Below are positions 1 to 11,900 of a stretch of 64,000 nt of DNA, piece by piece. The notes below the pieces were generated by a model. It made no database searches, was not told the origin of the DNA, and saw nothing but the letters and a program-made list of their open reading frames with translations. Positions within the stretch are counted from its first letter, which is position 1, and each line of letters starts with the position of its first letter. The stretch is from Octopus sinensis (lineage: Eukaryota). The position numbers were made by a program, and so were the translations under genes. Where the stretch lies: assembly GCF_006345805.1 (NCBI RefSeq), contig NC_043004.1:90954001-91018000 (forward strand). Direction: 5' to 3'.

Positions 1-1713
1 CTGACTATATTAACTGTGTTTCAGAATAGTAGGCTTATCCAACTAGGGTATCTAAAATAATGTCTCATAAGAGAAGTGTTGGTCTCACTCAAAGAAGTAA
101 AAAAATCTGGACAAAGAATCTCATGCAGTTTCAAGACTCACATAGGTAAAGAAGACCTGTTCCTCTGGAAGAGCATTCTTTGGAAAACAACTGCAGGATA
201 CCAATGAAACTTCAAATTGTCAGTCACTACCTGTTCCTTGAAGGTACCATCAAAGGAAGGAGAGGAAGAACACTTTTTTATGGCAAAAGAAATTAAATTT
301 CTCATATTTATCAATTCAAAATGTACAAGCAAAAGTAGAAAAAGTGCTGAATACCTACGATAAATGTGTAAAACTGGGTAAAATACGATTCATTGAAAGG
401 AATTTTTGACATCACAAAGGGAAATGGTGAATGGCTGTGCAGTGAGGATAGAAGTTTATATTATCTTTAAATTGAAAGCAAGGTACAGGTTGGGTATGGA
501 ACTGGAAAGGCAGCTAGTTCCAAAACTATCCATACATCAAAAAGAAGAAAAGTGTCCTTAATGCCAACTTCAACCAGAGCAACTCCAGTGTCATCGTGAA
601 CATCTGAAGCAGAGACTGAAAGTGAATATCAAGAGTCCTAAAAATCAAATGAAGAATCCACAAAAATAAGGAGGAAGTATAGCAAAACTGGAACTGCAAC
701 CAAGTTAGTAATATCTTCCAAGCTATCAACCCAAAAAGCAGTAACAGTTTATTGACAATTTTCTCAAGATGGAATCAATGCTGAGACTCCCTTCCAATCT
801 GGTATTTACAGATCGACTACCAAAGAAACTCTTACATTAAAAAAGGAAGTGAAGAAAACACTACATTTAAAAAAACTGGTCATTGCATTTTGATGGTAAA
901 TGTATTGATGACCAAGAATACCAAGTGCTAGTTTTAAAGAATGAACAGTTAATGAAGAGTTAAGTTAGATGCACTCCAATTACCAAAGGGAAAAGCTGAT
1001 ACTGTTGTGAAAGGAATAACAGTTGTTTTAGATGAATACAATTTATGGAATTGTATAAAGATGATTGTCGCTGATATGAGTGTGAACACTGGGAAAAGAA
1101 ATGGCATTGTTATTCAGTTGCAAAAACTGTTTGCTCAAAGGGTTTGAAAGAATTGTAATTTATAGGTTGTCAGCATCATATCCTTGATAGAGTTCTTCAT
1201 GTTGTAATGGATAATGAACTTGGAGAAAAAAAAATCATCTCTTAATATTGAATATACATCCATTCCAGAGGTTCTAAGTAATTATGAGAAACTCCAGGTT
1301 AATTTAACAATGGTGAAAAAAAAAAAGATTACTGAATCAGCAGGATGGTGAGATGGCATGAAATTTCTATTTCGTTTGACCAGAGTTTTTCATTTCTTTG
1401 AAGAAACCTGCAAATTTCCTACTGTAAGGTTTTAAAAAATATTCAACTTAAGTAATGCAAGATGGAATTCATGAGCAATACTAGCATTTTGGCATTTATT
1501 CTTCTATGAGAAAAAAGAGTTTTGCTTTTCAATGTTTGTTGATTCATCTCTTACACCTGGGAAGATGTTTTGTTTACTGACCAAATGTTCAGTGTACATG
1601 ATTATCAGAAGTTATGTGGTAGCCTGCAAGTTCATAAAAAAGCATTGAACTATGTAAAAAACTTTTAGAGTCGAGAACCATCAAAACTGGAAATTCCCAG
1701 AACAAATCGATGC
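1..1713 (+). mobile_element. Decayed hAT-like (hATm/Cc8K15.2-type) DNA transposase relic
   Basis: Manual translation across stops and frameshifts gives SLHFDGK (883-900), IVADMSVNTG, FIGCQHHILDRVL (CxxH, ~1165-1190), W*DGMKFL, SNARWNS (~1451) and PRTNRC (~1696-1713). This motif order is typical of RNase H-fold hAT-like transposases. It ends at a microsatellite plus SINE; no TIRs seen. Confidence 0.7.
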
Positions 1714-1727
1714 ATATATATATATAT

Positions 1728-1925
1728 ACACATCATCATCATCATCACTTAATGTCTGTTTTCCATGCTGGCAGGTTGGACAGTTTGGCAGGAGGTGGCC
1801 AGCCAGAGGACTGCACAAAGTTCTACTGTCACCTTTGGCATGTTTCCTTCAGCTGGATGCTCTTCCCAATGCCAACCACCACTTCACAGAGTGCATTGGG
1901 TGCCTTATATGTGGCACCAGCACTA
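1728..1925 (-). mobile_element. (ATG)n-tailed SINE-like element (RTE-type 3' end)
   Basis: (CAT)n tail followed by the reverse complement of the family core ...ggaagggcatccagctg...cccatgctagcatggaaa..., which recurs more than 15 times in the window. Confidence 0.8.
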
Positions 1926-2605
1926 GCAAGGTTTCCAAGCAACTTTCAAGACAAAAAATAGTGCTGAACGTATTGAATACCTTCTCGAGTTATGATCTAT
2001 GATCAAGATTTATAGCAAGTATATCCACCTTCTTCTCCTCCACCTCCTGAGCATCATCATCATCATCATCATCATTATCATCATCATCATCGTTTTATGC
2101 CCGTTTTTCCATGCTGGCATGGATTGGAGTCACTTCATTATGGTCTGAGCCACCATATAATTCAAGTCACCTCCCACTGGGAGCTACAGCTTCTAAAGAT
2201 GGTACCTGTCATTCAGCTTGGTTTCTGCACTGAATATCTTTCCTAGTATTCAATTACTTTATAATGTGCTGGATGCATTCACCTGTAGTACCAATGCTAG
2301 AGAAGTCAAATAATCCTTAGTGAGACAAGATCAGGAGGAACTTCATAGTATTACACTTTCTCTGCTCATTCAGTTGGCTACGTACTGTGAACAGCAGATG
2401 GAGAGTCTTGGACACAATAAATGTAAATTTCTAGAGCATTCATTAACCTAAAGTGTACAGACTGAAATGGGGAAAGGAGAGGGCCCAATGATGATAGAAA
2501 GACCAGAAATGGGTATTTGTGAGGTGGGGATAGGGGTGTAAATGTAGATGCAGAGAATATGGGTATGAAACTTGCTCAGGTAATCAAGGAGGGGAATTGG
2601 GGAGA

Positions 2606-2651
<46 letters not shown>

Positions 2652-2868
2652 AAGGATCAGAAGTACCAGAATTGGCAGGAAAGTAGAAAGAACAGCAGTA
2701 TGATGGATAGAGTACAGGAGTGCGTGGGGAAGTGACAGGAGGAGAGTTGTTGGCAGTGGCAGAGGTGGTCAAAGGTAAGGTGTATGAGTGTAAAAAAAAC
2801 TAGTGTGTGATAGTAAAAGGCAAGGCTGTCTGAGGTGAAGCCATCGGTTGGGGAGTAATTGGCAATAG

Positions 2869-3290
2869 TTGGCAATTCTACTATATGGCTCAGAAACCTG
2901 GACGTTATCAAAGAAGCTTGAGAGGCGGGTGGATGGAACCTACACTCGCCTCCTTATGAGAGCTCAAAATCTCTCGTGGAAGCGTCATCCAACCAAAATG
3001 CAAATATATGGGAAACTACCACCTGTGTCATCTCTTGTGAAAGGTAGGAGAGTCCAGTTTGCTGGACATTGTTGTAGAGCTGAAAACGAGACAATTTCTA
3101 CTCTTCTCTTCTGGAAGCCATCTACTCGCAATATCAGAGGGCACACACTCTCCTACCCTGATGTAATCTCCAGGGATACAGGTATCCAGCAACATGACCT
3201 CCGTAATGCTATGATGGACCATGAAGTCTGGCGTAGCATGGTAAATTCCATTGTCTCGACTACGGTCGAACAATGATGATGATGATGAGG
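2869..3290 (+). mobile_element. 5'-truncated RTE-clade LINE (ORF2 C-terminus plus (GAT)n tail)
   Basis: ORF LLYGSETWTLSK...RRVQFAGHCCR...WRSMVNSIVSTTVEQ* followed directly by (gat)n. A second copy lies at 38342-38609. Confidence 0.85.
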
Positions 3291-3931
3291 TGGGTGATAA
3301 GATAAAAGCAAAAGCATGTAAAGCAGCAGAGGTGGTAGGGAAAACGATGGCATTGATGATGATGATGATGATGATGATGACAACAGTGCTGATGGCAGTG
3401 GTGGAGATGATGATGATGATGGTTGTGGTGATAATAATAGCAACAATGATAATGATTATAAGGAGGAGGGTAATGATGAAATTGACAGTAAAGTAATTAC
3501 TGCTAATAATGGTGATGACGATGATGTTGATGATGATGACCGTGGTTATGATGATGTTGTTGGTGATGACAGGCAACACAGAATATTACCTCCACTCCCA
3601 CCCTTCATCTACCATGTACTGCATCGGATGGCATATTATTTTAATGGACAGCTTCAGAAAATTTCCTTACTGAATGTCGGAAGTGATTGAGAAAAATCTT
3701 TCTGTTAGTCTGAAATTATCCATTAAAATTTTAATCACTCAGTTAATCTGTTAGCTGTTAATTATAATAAATGAATCAGGTTTTAGCTGTCACCATCAAA
3801 TTTTTTTCTGTGCTGAAATAGTGAATTTCCAATTAGTGTTTCTGAGATATATTTATCAGCTCCTGGAAGGAGGAAACTTTAAAGGTTGATTCCTCCACCC
3901 CAAACCTGACAACTAGAAGCAGAAGTATTAT

Positions 3932-4457
3932 TTCAATCGTCTGGAAGCCGTTCAGTGACGTGCAACCAAAAGAATACCCTCCATCAGGCATTTGCCATAT
4001 TCTGAACGCCTTACTTCCCTGGGCATGGACACATTGAAACTCCGACGTCTGGCAGCTGACTTGGCAGACACCCATAAAATTATTAACCATCTTTCAAACA
4101 ATAACTCTGAGCACTTTTTCAAACTCCACCCGTCTAACACCCATGGACATATTTACAAAGTCAGAAAACAGCACAGCTCCCATGATTTTAGGAAACATTT
4201 TTTCACACTGAGAGTTGCTGAAGCATGGAACAAACTGCCGGCATCAGTTGTTAGTTGTCGGAGCACTGCATCCTTCAAAACTTCCATGCTTTCTGAGATT
4301 CACCAACGCTACACCTGATTTTCTCCCCTCCATACACACACAAGCATGTATCTGACTCATACATTGTTCGCTTCCCAGACATTTGTACATTACTGCATGT
4401 GCTTTATATGCACTGTCTGACAAGTTGTGGTGCACCTGAGCATTGTATACAATAATT

Positions 4458-4505
<48 letters not shown>
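3932..4505 (+). mobile_element. 5'-truncated CR1/L2-clade LINE 3' end with (TTA)n tail
   Basis: LEAVQRRATK...LRRLAADL...FFTLRVAEAWNKLP...* then a 3'UTR and (tta)n. Same family as 45112-46281 and 48412-49985. Confidence 0.9.
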
Positions 4506-4507
<2 letters not shown>

Positions 4508-4551
4508 GAGTGAGAGAGCCATGCATGCCATCAAAGTGACACTGGGGTAAA
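4506..4551 (-). mobile_element. 46-bp 3' fragment of the (AAT)n-tailed element, inserted in the CR1 (TTA)n tail
   Basis: Reverse complement of 32310-32358 (ttaccccagtgtcactttgatggcatgc...ctctctcactcaata), with (TTA)n on both sides. Confidence 0.85.
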
Positions 4552-4630
4552 TTATTATTATTATTATTATTATTATTATTTGAATTCTAGCTTAAAGAAA
4601 CAAAAATAAATACTACCATTTAACTATCTT

Positions 4631-5075
4631 AAAAGTACCTGTGCTGGTATCACGTAAAAACATCCTTGCTGGCACCATGTAAAGGTGCCCATGCCTATAC
4701 TACATAAAAGTCCCTTTACCTGTGCCATATGAAAGCTCCCATGCTGGTGTCGCATAAAAGCTCCCATGCTGGTGCTAAGTAAAAGTGCCCGTGCTGATGC
4801 CACGAATAAGCATCCATGCTGGTGCCATGTAAAAAAGCCTGTCAATGTCACTTAATGTGCCTGTGTTGGTGTCACATAAAAGCACTTGTGCCAGTATCAT
4901 TTAAAAGCACCCATACCAGTGCCATATAGAAGCATGCAGTACACTCTATAAAGTGGTTGGTGTTAGGAAGGGCATCCAGTTGTAGAACCCATGTCAAAAC
5001 AGCTGGCCAACTTCTGTCAAACTGTCCAACTCATGCCAGCATGGAGAATCGGATATTAAATGATGATTACGATGA
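4631..5075 (+). mobile_element. (ATG)n-tailed SINE-like element with ~12 tandem 25-bp internal units
   Basis: Units of about AAAAGCACCCATGCTGGTGCCACGT at 25-bp period over 4631-4935, then the family core gtggttggtgttaggaagggcatccag...ggatattaaatgatga. Confidence 0.8.
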
Positions 5076-5087
5076 AGGTTTCTAATT

Positions 5088-5463
5088 TATTGTTGTATTT
5101 AGGAATGGTCATTTTGCCAGTTTAGCCAATAAAAACACACGCACTATATATTTGGTGTTATTTTGCTTCAGTGTTATTTATTTTTTACATTAATCTTAAT
5201 CTTATTTCGGCCAGAGTTCTTTTGTCACACTCCTGTGACTGCATCAGTGGTCCTTTGTTTCCTTCTTTCTTAGTAAGTAAGGAGAGACAAATAAGAAAGA
5301 AGAAAACAAAGGCCACAGGAGTGTGACAAAAGAACTCTGGCCGAAATAAGATTAAGATTAATGTAAAAAATAAATAACACTGAAGCAAAGTAACACCAAA
5401 TATATAGTGTGTGTGTTTTTATTGGCTAAACTGGCAAAATGACTGTTCCGAAATATAACAATA
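5088..5463. mobile_element. ~375-bp almost fully palindromic MITE/foldback element
   Basis: Arm 5088-5237 is the reverse complement of 5314-5463 with about 5 mismatches. The inner segments also pair, leaving a ~20-nt loop. TA at both ends. Confidence 0.85.
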
Positions 5464-5715
5464 TCTGTTTCAACAGACGACTTCACATAAAAAATCTTGC
5501 ACAACAAATATATAAACGTTTCTAATTTAGATATGAAACAATTAATTTTTGAGAGAGGGCATTAGTAATTACTATTGAACTTAATCTTAAATGTACACTG
5601 TATTTATATGAATAATATATAGTCTATTGACTAAATTTTTACACACTAGGCCACTGGTAGTAGAAATTTCTAATATTTCTTATTACCCTTGATATTATTA
5701 ATTATATATATATAT

Positions 5716-5813
5716 GTATATAAGAATTTCTTGTGTAATAAGATAAAAGAAACCAAGGCTGTATAGATAGCCTTGGTTTTTTTTATCTTATTACACAAAA
5801 AATTCTTATATAC
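5716..5813. repeat. 45-bp stem / 8-nt loop inverted repeat
   Basis: gtatataagaatttcttgtgtaataagataaaagaaaccaaggct-[gtatagat]-agccttggttttttttatcttattacacaaaaaattcttatatac; 2 non-Watson-Crick positions. Confidence 0.9.
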
Positions 5814-6083
5814 ACATGCTGACATAGAACCAATGTTGAATTCGCAGTATTACCGAATCTGGAACTTAACTATGGTCTGTCTATAGCACTTATTCAGCAT
5901 TACCTGACACCTTCGGGTCTCAATGACACCATTGTCTCTTATATATATAAATAAATGAAAGAATGGAGTTGAACGCTGAATTAACAAAATTCCTTTATTC
6001 TCAACATATGTTTCTGACGTGAAATTGCTACCCAGGTATCGGTCAACCGAATTATCCTTAATAAGATAATTCATTCAACTACT

Positions 6084-6130
<47 letters not shown>

Positions 6131-6759
6131 GTATGTATGTATGTATGTGTGTGTGTGTAGTTATAGTTTGCTTACATTCTTGGAGACACACACACACACA
6201 TGTATATTTTAATTTCCCTTTCTCCCTCATTTTAAAAATTTATTTATTTATTAATTTTATTTTTCTGGAATTCACCATCATTTTCCTCAAAGAATATTTC
6301 CTCAATTCAACCATCTCAGAATTTTTCATTATATCTATTGAAAGTGTAACTTAACATTATTTTGAAGACACTCTTTTTTTTTTGTTTTTGTTTTACTGCT
6401 TTTTTTCCTTTCACTTTCTCCTTTCTCTTCTTTCTAGATTATTTTGTGGTGTTCTTTGATACGGCTTCTCTACTCTTCCATGACATTAACATATTCATAA
6501 ATATTATTTTCAAAGAAAACCTTTAAGTGTGAAAATTTATCTCTGTTGCCATTTTCATTACCATGTTGTTGTTGTTGTCACTGTTGCTGTTTTGTCAGTT
6601 AAGGAATCCATACAGAAGTGCACAGATAAATCCTTTTTTGTGAATGCAAGGAATATGATAATCACAACGATGATAGTGATAATGACAACAAGAACAACAG
6701 CAACAGCAGTAGCAGTAGTGGTGGTGGTGGTGGCGGCGGCGGTGGTGGTGGTGGTTTTG

Positions 6760-6821
<62 letters not shown>

Positions 6822-6825
6822 TAAT

Positions 6826-7105
6826 GGATTTTGAAGGAGAAAAGGGAGTGAGCCTTGCTGCTCAAGAACAAGCATTACGAACCAACTCAATCAAGTGTGG
6901 CATTGATAAGACAGCAATATCACCTTTGCGTAGATTACGTGAAAACACATCTGAGACAGTTTGGCATATAATTTGTGGATGCTCAAAACTGGCCCAAAAG
7001 GAGTTAAAAAAACACCAGCGGTAGTATGAATACATTTGGATTTGTGCAGGAAATATGGGCTAGAAAGTTCCAATAAGTTAGTGCTCATACCACTTGTATG
7101 CCAAT
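6826..7105 (+). mobile_element. Dong/R4-clade non-LTR element fragment (CCHC zinc-knuckle region)
   Basis: AAQEQALRTNSIK...SPL(C)RL...ETVWHIICGCSKLAQKE...IHLDLCRKYGLESSNK matches the region just before the RLE nuclease of R4/Dong ORFs. Confidence 0.8.
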
Positions 7106-7145
7106 CTACACCAAGCTTCATTGGTATTTGCAGCTTTTTTCTGGA

Positions 7146-7308
7146 CTACACTCTCGGAGTGGTTGGCGTTAGGAAGGGCATCCAGCTGTAGAAACAGTGC
7201 CAGATCAGACTGGGCCTGGCGCAGCCTCCTGGCTTCCCAGACCCCAGTTGAACCGTACAACCCATGCTAGCATGGAAAACGGACATTAAACGATGATGAT
7301 GATGATGA
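7146..7308 (+). mobile_element. (ATG)n-tailed SINE-like element, young 5'-truncated copy
   Basis: ctacactctcggagtggttggcgttaggaagggcatccagctgtagaaac...ggacattaaacgatgatgatg. Confidence 0.9.
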
Positions 7309-7314
7309 ATATTA

Positions 7315-7674
7315 CTTTCTTTGAAATGGTCCCAAGTGCATTTATCATGATAGGTAGGACACTCACTTTAGAAGCTCTATGGATGCATTTCACTTCCAAT
7401 GTTATGTTTTAGTACTTTTCAACCTTCTCATTCTTTTGTCTTCACAATATTTTGGTCTGCAGGAATAGCTATGTGAATGAAGGTTTGTTCTTTGAACCCC
7501 TTCCACAGGAGAGTGTTACCTGGTTGGTTATGCTCCTGCTTCTTATGTGTAGATTGGCATATCCCATATAAGTTTCACCTGATCATACAAGTGGTATGAG
7601 CACCAACTTTTGGTGCTCATACCACTTATTGGAACTTTCAAGCCCATATTTCCTGCACAAATCCAAATGTATTC
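7315..7674 (-). mobile_element. Dong/R4-clade fragment, restriction-like endonuclease (RLE) domain
   Basis: Minus-strand translation NKWYEH...WDMPIYT*KKQEHNQP...IAIPADQNIVK..E*EKVEKY...VLPIMINALGTISK (PD-(D/E)xK-type RLE motif order). Confidence 0.8.
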
Positions 7675-9250
7675 TGCTGTGTAGACTATGTGCAATATGA
7701 GTCATGTTATTTTGTTGGGTGGGATTTGTAATTCATATCCACTGAATAATAGTTGCAAAGTGTCTTTAATGTTGTTAGATTTACTCATCACCAGTCAGAT
7801 GTTTATATTTGTTTGTGACAAGTGTATGTTGTTTGTATGTTTATTTTAGCATTATGCTGCATCATTAGTATTACTTTATAACAAGATGAAGGTCTTAGGA
7901 ACACTTGAGGGGTGTCTGTCTTACCTTGTCACATACAATTGTCGAAGGGAGACCCAAAAATCCGACTGTCTTCAATAACAATAAATAATACTTTATTTTT
8001 CGGGTTTCGCAAATCAAAATATATATGCACATATATATTTTGCTTAAGGGCGAACCGGTAGCCAAGTCCACAAGACTGTTCGCAAATGTTCACTTGTGTG
8101 AGCCAAAATTACCATCTCCCTTCCTGCTTAGAAGATAGCTTCTCTATATGTAGGGTTTTCTCTGAGAGAAGGTTGGTCACGTCCACTCGGTAGGGTTGCA
8201 GATTCAAAAAGACAGATTTAATCTATTGGTAGATGTCAGGCGTGGGAGGCTTCTTGACAGTACTACGTCGCTCTCCACGCCAACTAGAAGTTCCACCAGT
8301 GCGATTCTTGCCCGACGTTTTTTGTTGCCACCTCTGGAGATGCCTTTCATTCTCTTTCGGCTGCATTTCCAGAGCTAGTGGATGTTACCTTTCAGCTGGC
8401 AAAGCCTACACACTCGACCCTTCATTTTATCACCACCACTGGGCTGCCTGTTTTTTCTTTTCATTTCGAAAGGGTGAGATACGAAGTAAACCTCAACAAA
8501 ATGAAAAGAAAAAACACTACAACTTCTATAATTTATTGTCAGCTTTTAAGGGGGATCCTGTAGAGCATAGATGTGTTGTCCACTGTTTTCCCAACTAGAT
8601 TTTTTTTTTGCTTCATGCAGTGTGGTGTAGTTCATTGTAATTGATTCTTGTTGTAAGTGTATTGTGATCCAGGCAGAGAGTCATACTTGTATGGCCAATA
8701 TAACAGTTGGAAAAAGTTTACAGCTTTTATGTTTGCAACTGAATATGTAAATCATATTAATCATTTCTAAGTTGTTTGTGGATTGATGTGCTTGTGCTTT
8801 GGCACTATTATGGATGCCTTAAATTTTAGCAGCATGTATAATTAGAATTAATTTATCATTTAGTATAATGCATTCTATGCACTATTGTGAAGTTTTGATT
8901 GTGTTTATCTAATCTATAATTGGCATTCATTCCATTCTGATGTATTTTGTGTATTCTTAAACACAAATATTACTAAACCAATCCACGGATTGGATTATTC
9001 ATGCATTATTCAGTTGTTGATTAGTAATTATTTTATTTTCATAAATATTTTTATTTACTGCTTTGTAATTCATATACTCTGTGTAATAGATGTTTGTGGA
9101 GGAAAGTGTGAATGTTATTCTATACATGGATTTTACTACTGACATTAAATATCTGTCTAGACATTCATTGTCTCTATACAAAAAATATATGCATGTCTAT
9201 ATTTTGTGTAAATGAACGTGATGTATCTGTGGTTTTTTCTATATGAATTT
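7675..9250 (-). mobile_element. Decayed Penelope-like element (GIY-YIG region), interrupted by the LTR-like insert 7940-8521
   Basis: Minus strand ~8640-8770 reads NMIYIFSCKHKSC...CYIGHTSMTL...HL (GIY-YIG). IEVLYV (cf. IEALYI) is rebuilt when 7940-8521 is removed. Confidence 0.55.
7940..8521 (-). mobile_element. Solo-LTR-like element (582 bp, TG...CA termini)
   Basis: Minus strand begins tgtagtg and ends cttcgaca, with AATAAA ~45 nt from the end. CpG-rich relative to its flanks. No matching TSD (acaat vs acttc). Confidence 0.55.
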
Positions 9251-9860
9251 TTATGTCTAGAAATGGGAGTTTTATATTGCTAAGAGTTTTATTTGTACTG
9301 ATCTGGGATATTGATTAAAAAACTGAAACAATGGTCAATATTCAGCACAAAGCCAAAATAAACACACAGGCAATATACAGAAATCACAAACAAAAATTTA
9401 AAAAACCGACGATATCAAAATTCAAATACTGTTGATAGCATCTGCACCAGACACAGTGACCCTGTCTATTATAAATAGAGGCAGTTGCACACAGCATTTT
9501 AATCAAGCCGACTATATGTGAATATACTTTGCTGAAGAGATTCAACAAGAGTGAAACACATACATTACTTCAAGCATTTGATTACAAAGGCAAGATCCAC
9601 TAATAAACTGCATTTTGTTAATGCTACCCCAAAATTTGGATTAGGAGTTATCTCCAGATTTGAATCTTGCTTGGAAGAAAATTTTGCCTCTGAATTGCAG
9701 GGATATGTGCAGTTTATTAAAGATTTGTTTGTTTGTTATTTTAGCTTCTTCTGTAAATCTAATATAGCAAGTAAGATTCTCCTGATCTCTATATTTATAT
9801 ACATCATGCAGAATGTTTTCTTGCACTATTTTCCTCCCTCTACTTATTGTTGGTTTTATA

Positions 9861-11148
9861 TTGGGTTAGCAACTAAGCTCCCACCGATTTTTTTTTTTTT
9901 GTAAATTTTGGAATTTAATTGTGTTTTTAAATTTTGGAATCTATTTTTTCCGAGATTGCTATAATTCTATTTGAATCATTTTGGAATCTATTTTGTTTTT
10001 TTTTTTCTAGTTAATTTTAGCTGATTTTTGTTTATTTTCAGATGATTAAAATGGAATGTCAAGTTAAGAAAAACGAGCATTTTCGATATCTCCTTCTTTT
10101 TGCTTTTAATCAAGGTTGTAAGGCTGTAAAAGCTGCTCGCAACATTTGTGCTATGTATGGAGAGGGGGCCATTTTCTGAAAGAACCACTCGTGATTGGTA
10201 TGCCAAGTTCAAAAATGGAAATTTTGACCTCAAAGTTGAGTTCGATGAAGAGTGATTAAACCAACTTTTTCACGAAAATTCTCGTCAAATGACAAGGGAA
10301 CTGGCAGAGAAAATGGAATGCTCCCACACTGCTATAGAGAAGCATCTTCACTCGATGGGAAAGGTTCAGAAGTATGGAGCATGAGTTCCGCATGTTTAAG
10401 TGATAACAACAAAAATCAACAAGCCACAATCTCCGCTGGTTTGCTTTCACGTTACCGCTCAACACATTGACACAAGCAGTGATTTCTTTACTGATTCGTT
10501 ACTGGTGATGAAAAATGGTACCCGTACATCAATATGAAGCAGTGTAAGGAATGGCTTAGCCCCAGTAAACAAGTACACCGCACGTGAAACAAGATCTTCA
10601 TCTGCATAAAACGATGTTGTGCTTATGGTGGGACTGGGATAGGATTATCCATTACAAATTGATTGAATGGAACCAAACGGTCAACGCGGAACTCTATGTT
10701 CAACAGATTGAATGACTCAACATGGCTATTCAAGAGAAAAGACCTAATCGTCAGCATGGTGTTCTGCTGCACGAAAATTCCTGCTGTCATATCACCAATA
10801 TGACCAAGGAAGCCATTCAAACGTATGGCTGGGAAATGCTGCCACAACTGCCATACACTCCTGATTTGGCACCAATGGATTTCCACCTCCTTCAATCTCT
10901 TTCAAATGCTATGCATGGAGTTTCGTTCAATACTGAAGCAGAATTGAGAGCTTGGTTGGATAAATTTTTCGAGTCAAAATCGGGTGATTTCTACTAACGA
11001 AGTATTGAAAATCTTGTTGAACGTTGAGAAGAAGTTGTAAGCAATAAGGGTGAATACATTATTAATTAATTAGTTGTTATTTTTTTTATTAAACCTTTTA
11101 AAAAATTTTAATTAAAAATAAACAGCAGGAACTTAGTTGCTAACCTAA
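9861..11148 (+). mobile_element. Full-length decayed mariner (DD34D-type) transposon
   Basis: TIRs ttgggttagcaactaagctcc / ggaacttagttgctaacctaa with TA on both sides; 1288 bp. Relic ORF MECQVKKNEHFR...WVPH...VTGDEKW...YTPDLAPMDFHL, with stops and frameshifts. Confidence 0.95.
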
Positions 11149-11384
11149 TATATATTCTTTTACTATTTTACACGTTTCAGTCATTTGACTGTGGCCATGC
11201 TGGGGCACTTCCTTAAGTGTATATTTATGTGTGTGTAAATAAATAGACCCATTAATTTTATCTGGCTAATCCTGCACATGTGTTGTATAGATAACGTGGT
11301 AAATATACATAAAAATACTCTCAGATTTACCAATTATATGATCAACAGCTTCTCTTTGTCTCTCTTTCTGTCTCCCTCTCTATC

Positions 11385-11900
<516 letters not shown>

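Noticed and set aside
5830-6075. Possible Penelope pseudo-LTR or hammerhead ribozyme (gaaacatatgttgagaataaa on minus)
   Set aside because: No CTGATGA core or pairable stems found; resemblance only.
10040-11060. Mariner ORFs as a domesticated SETMAR-like host gene (also 15231-16143 and 62459-62746)
   Set aside because: Multiple stops and frameshifts, with intact TIRs and TA flanks, mark them as dead transposons.
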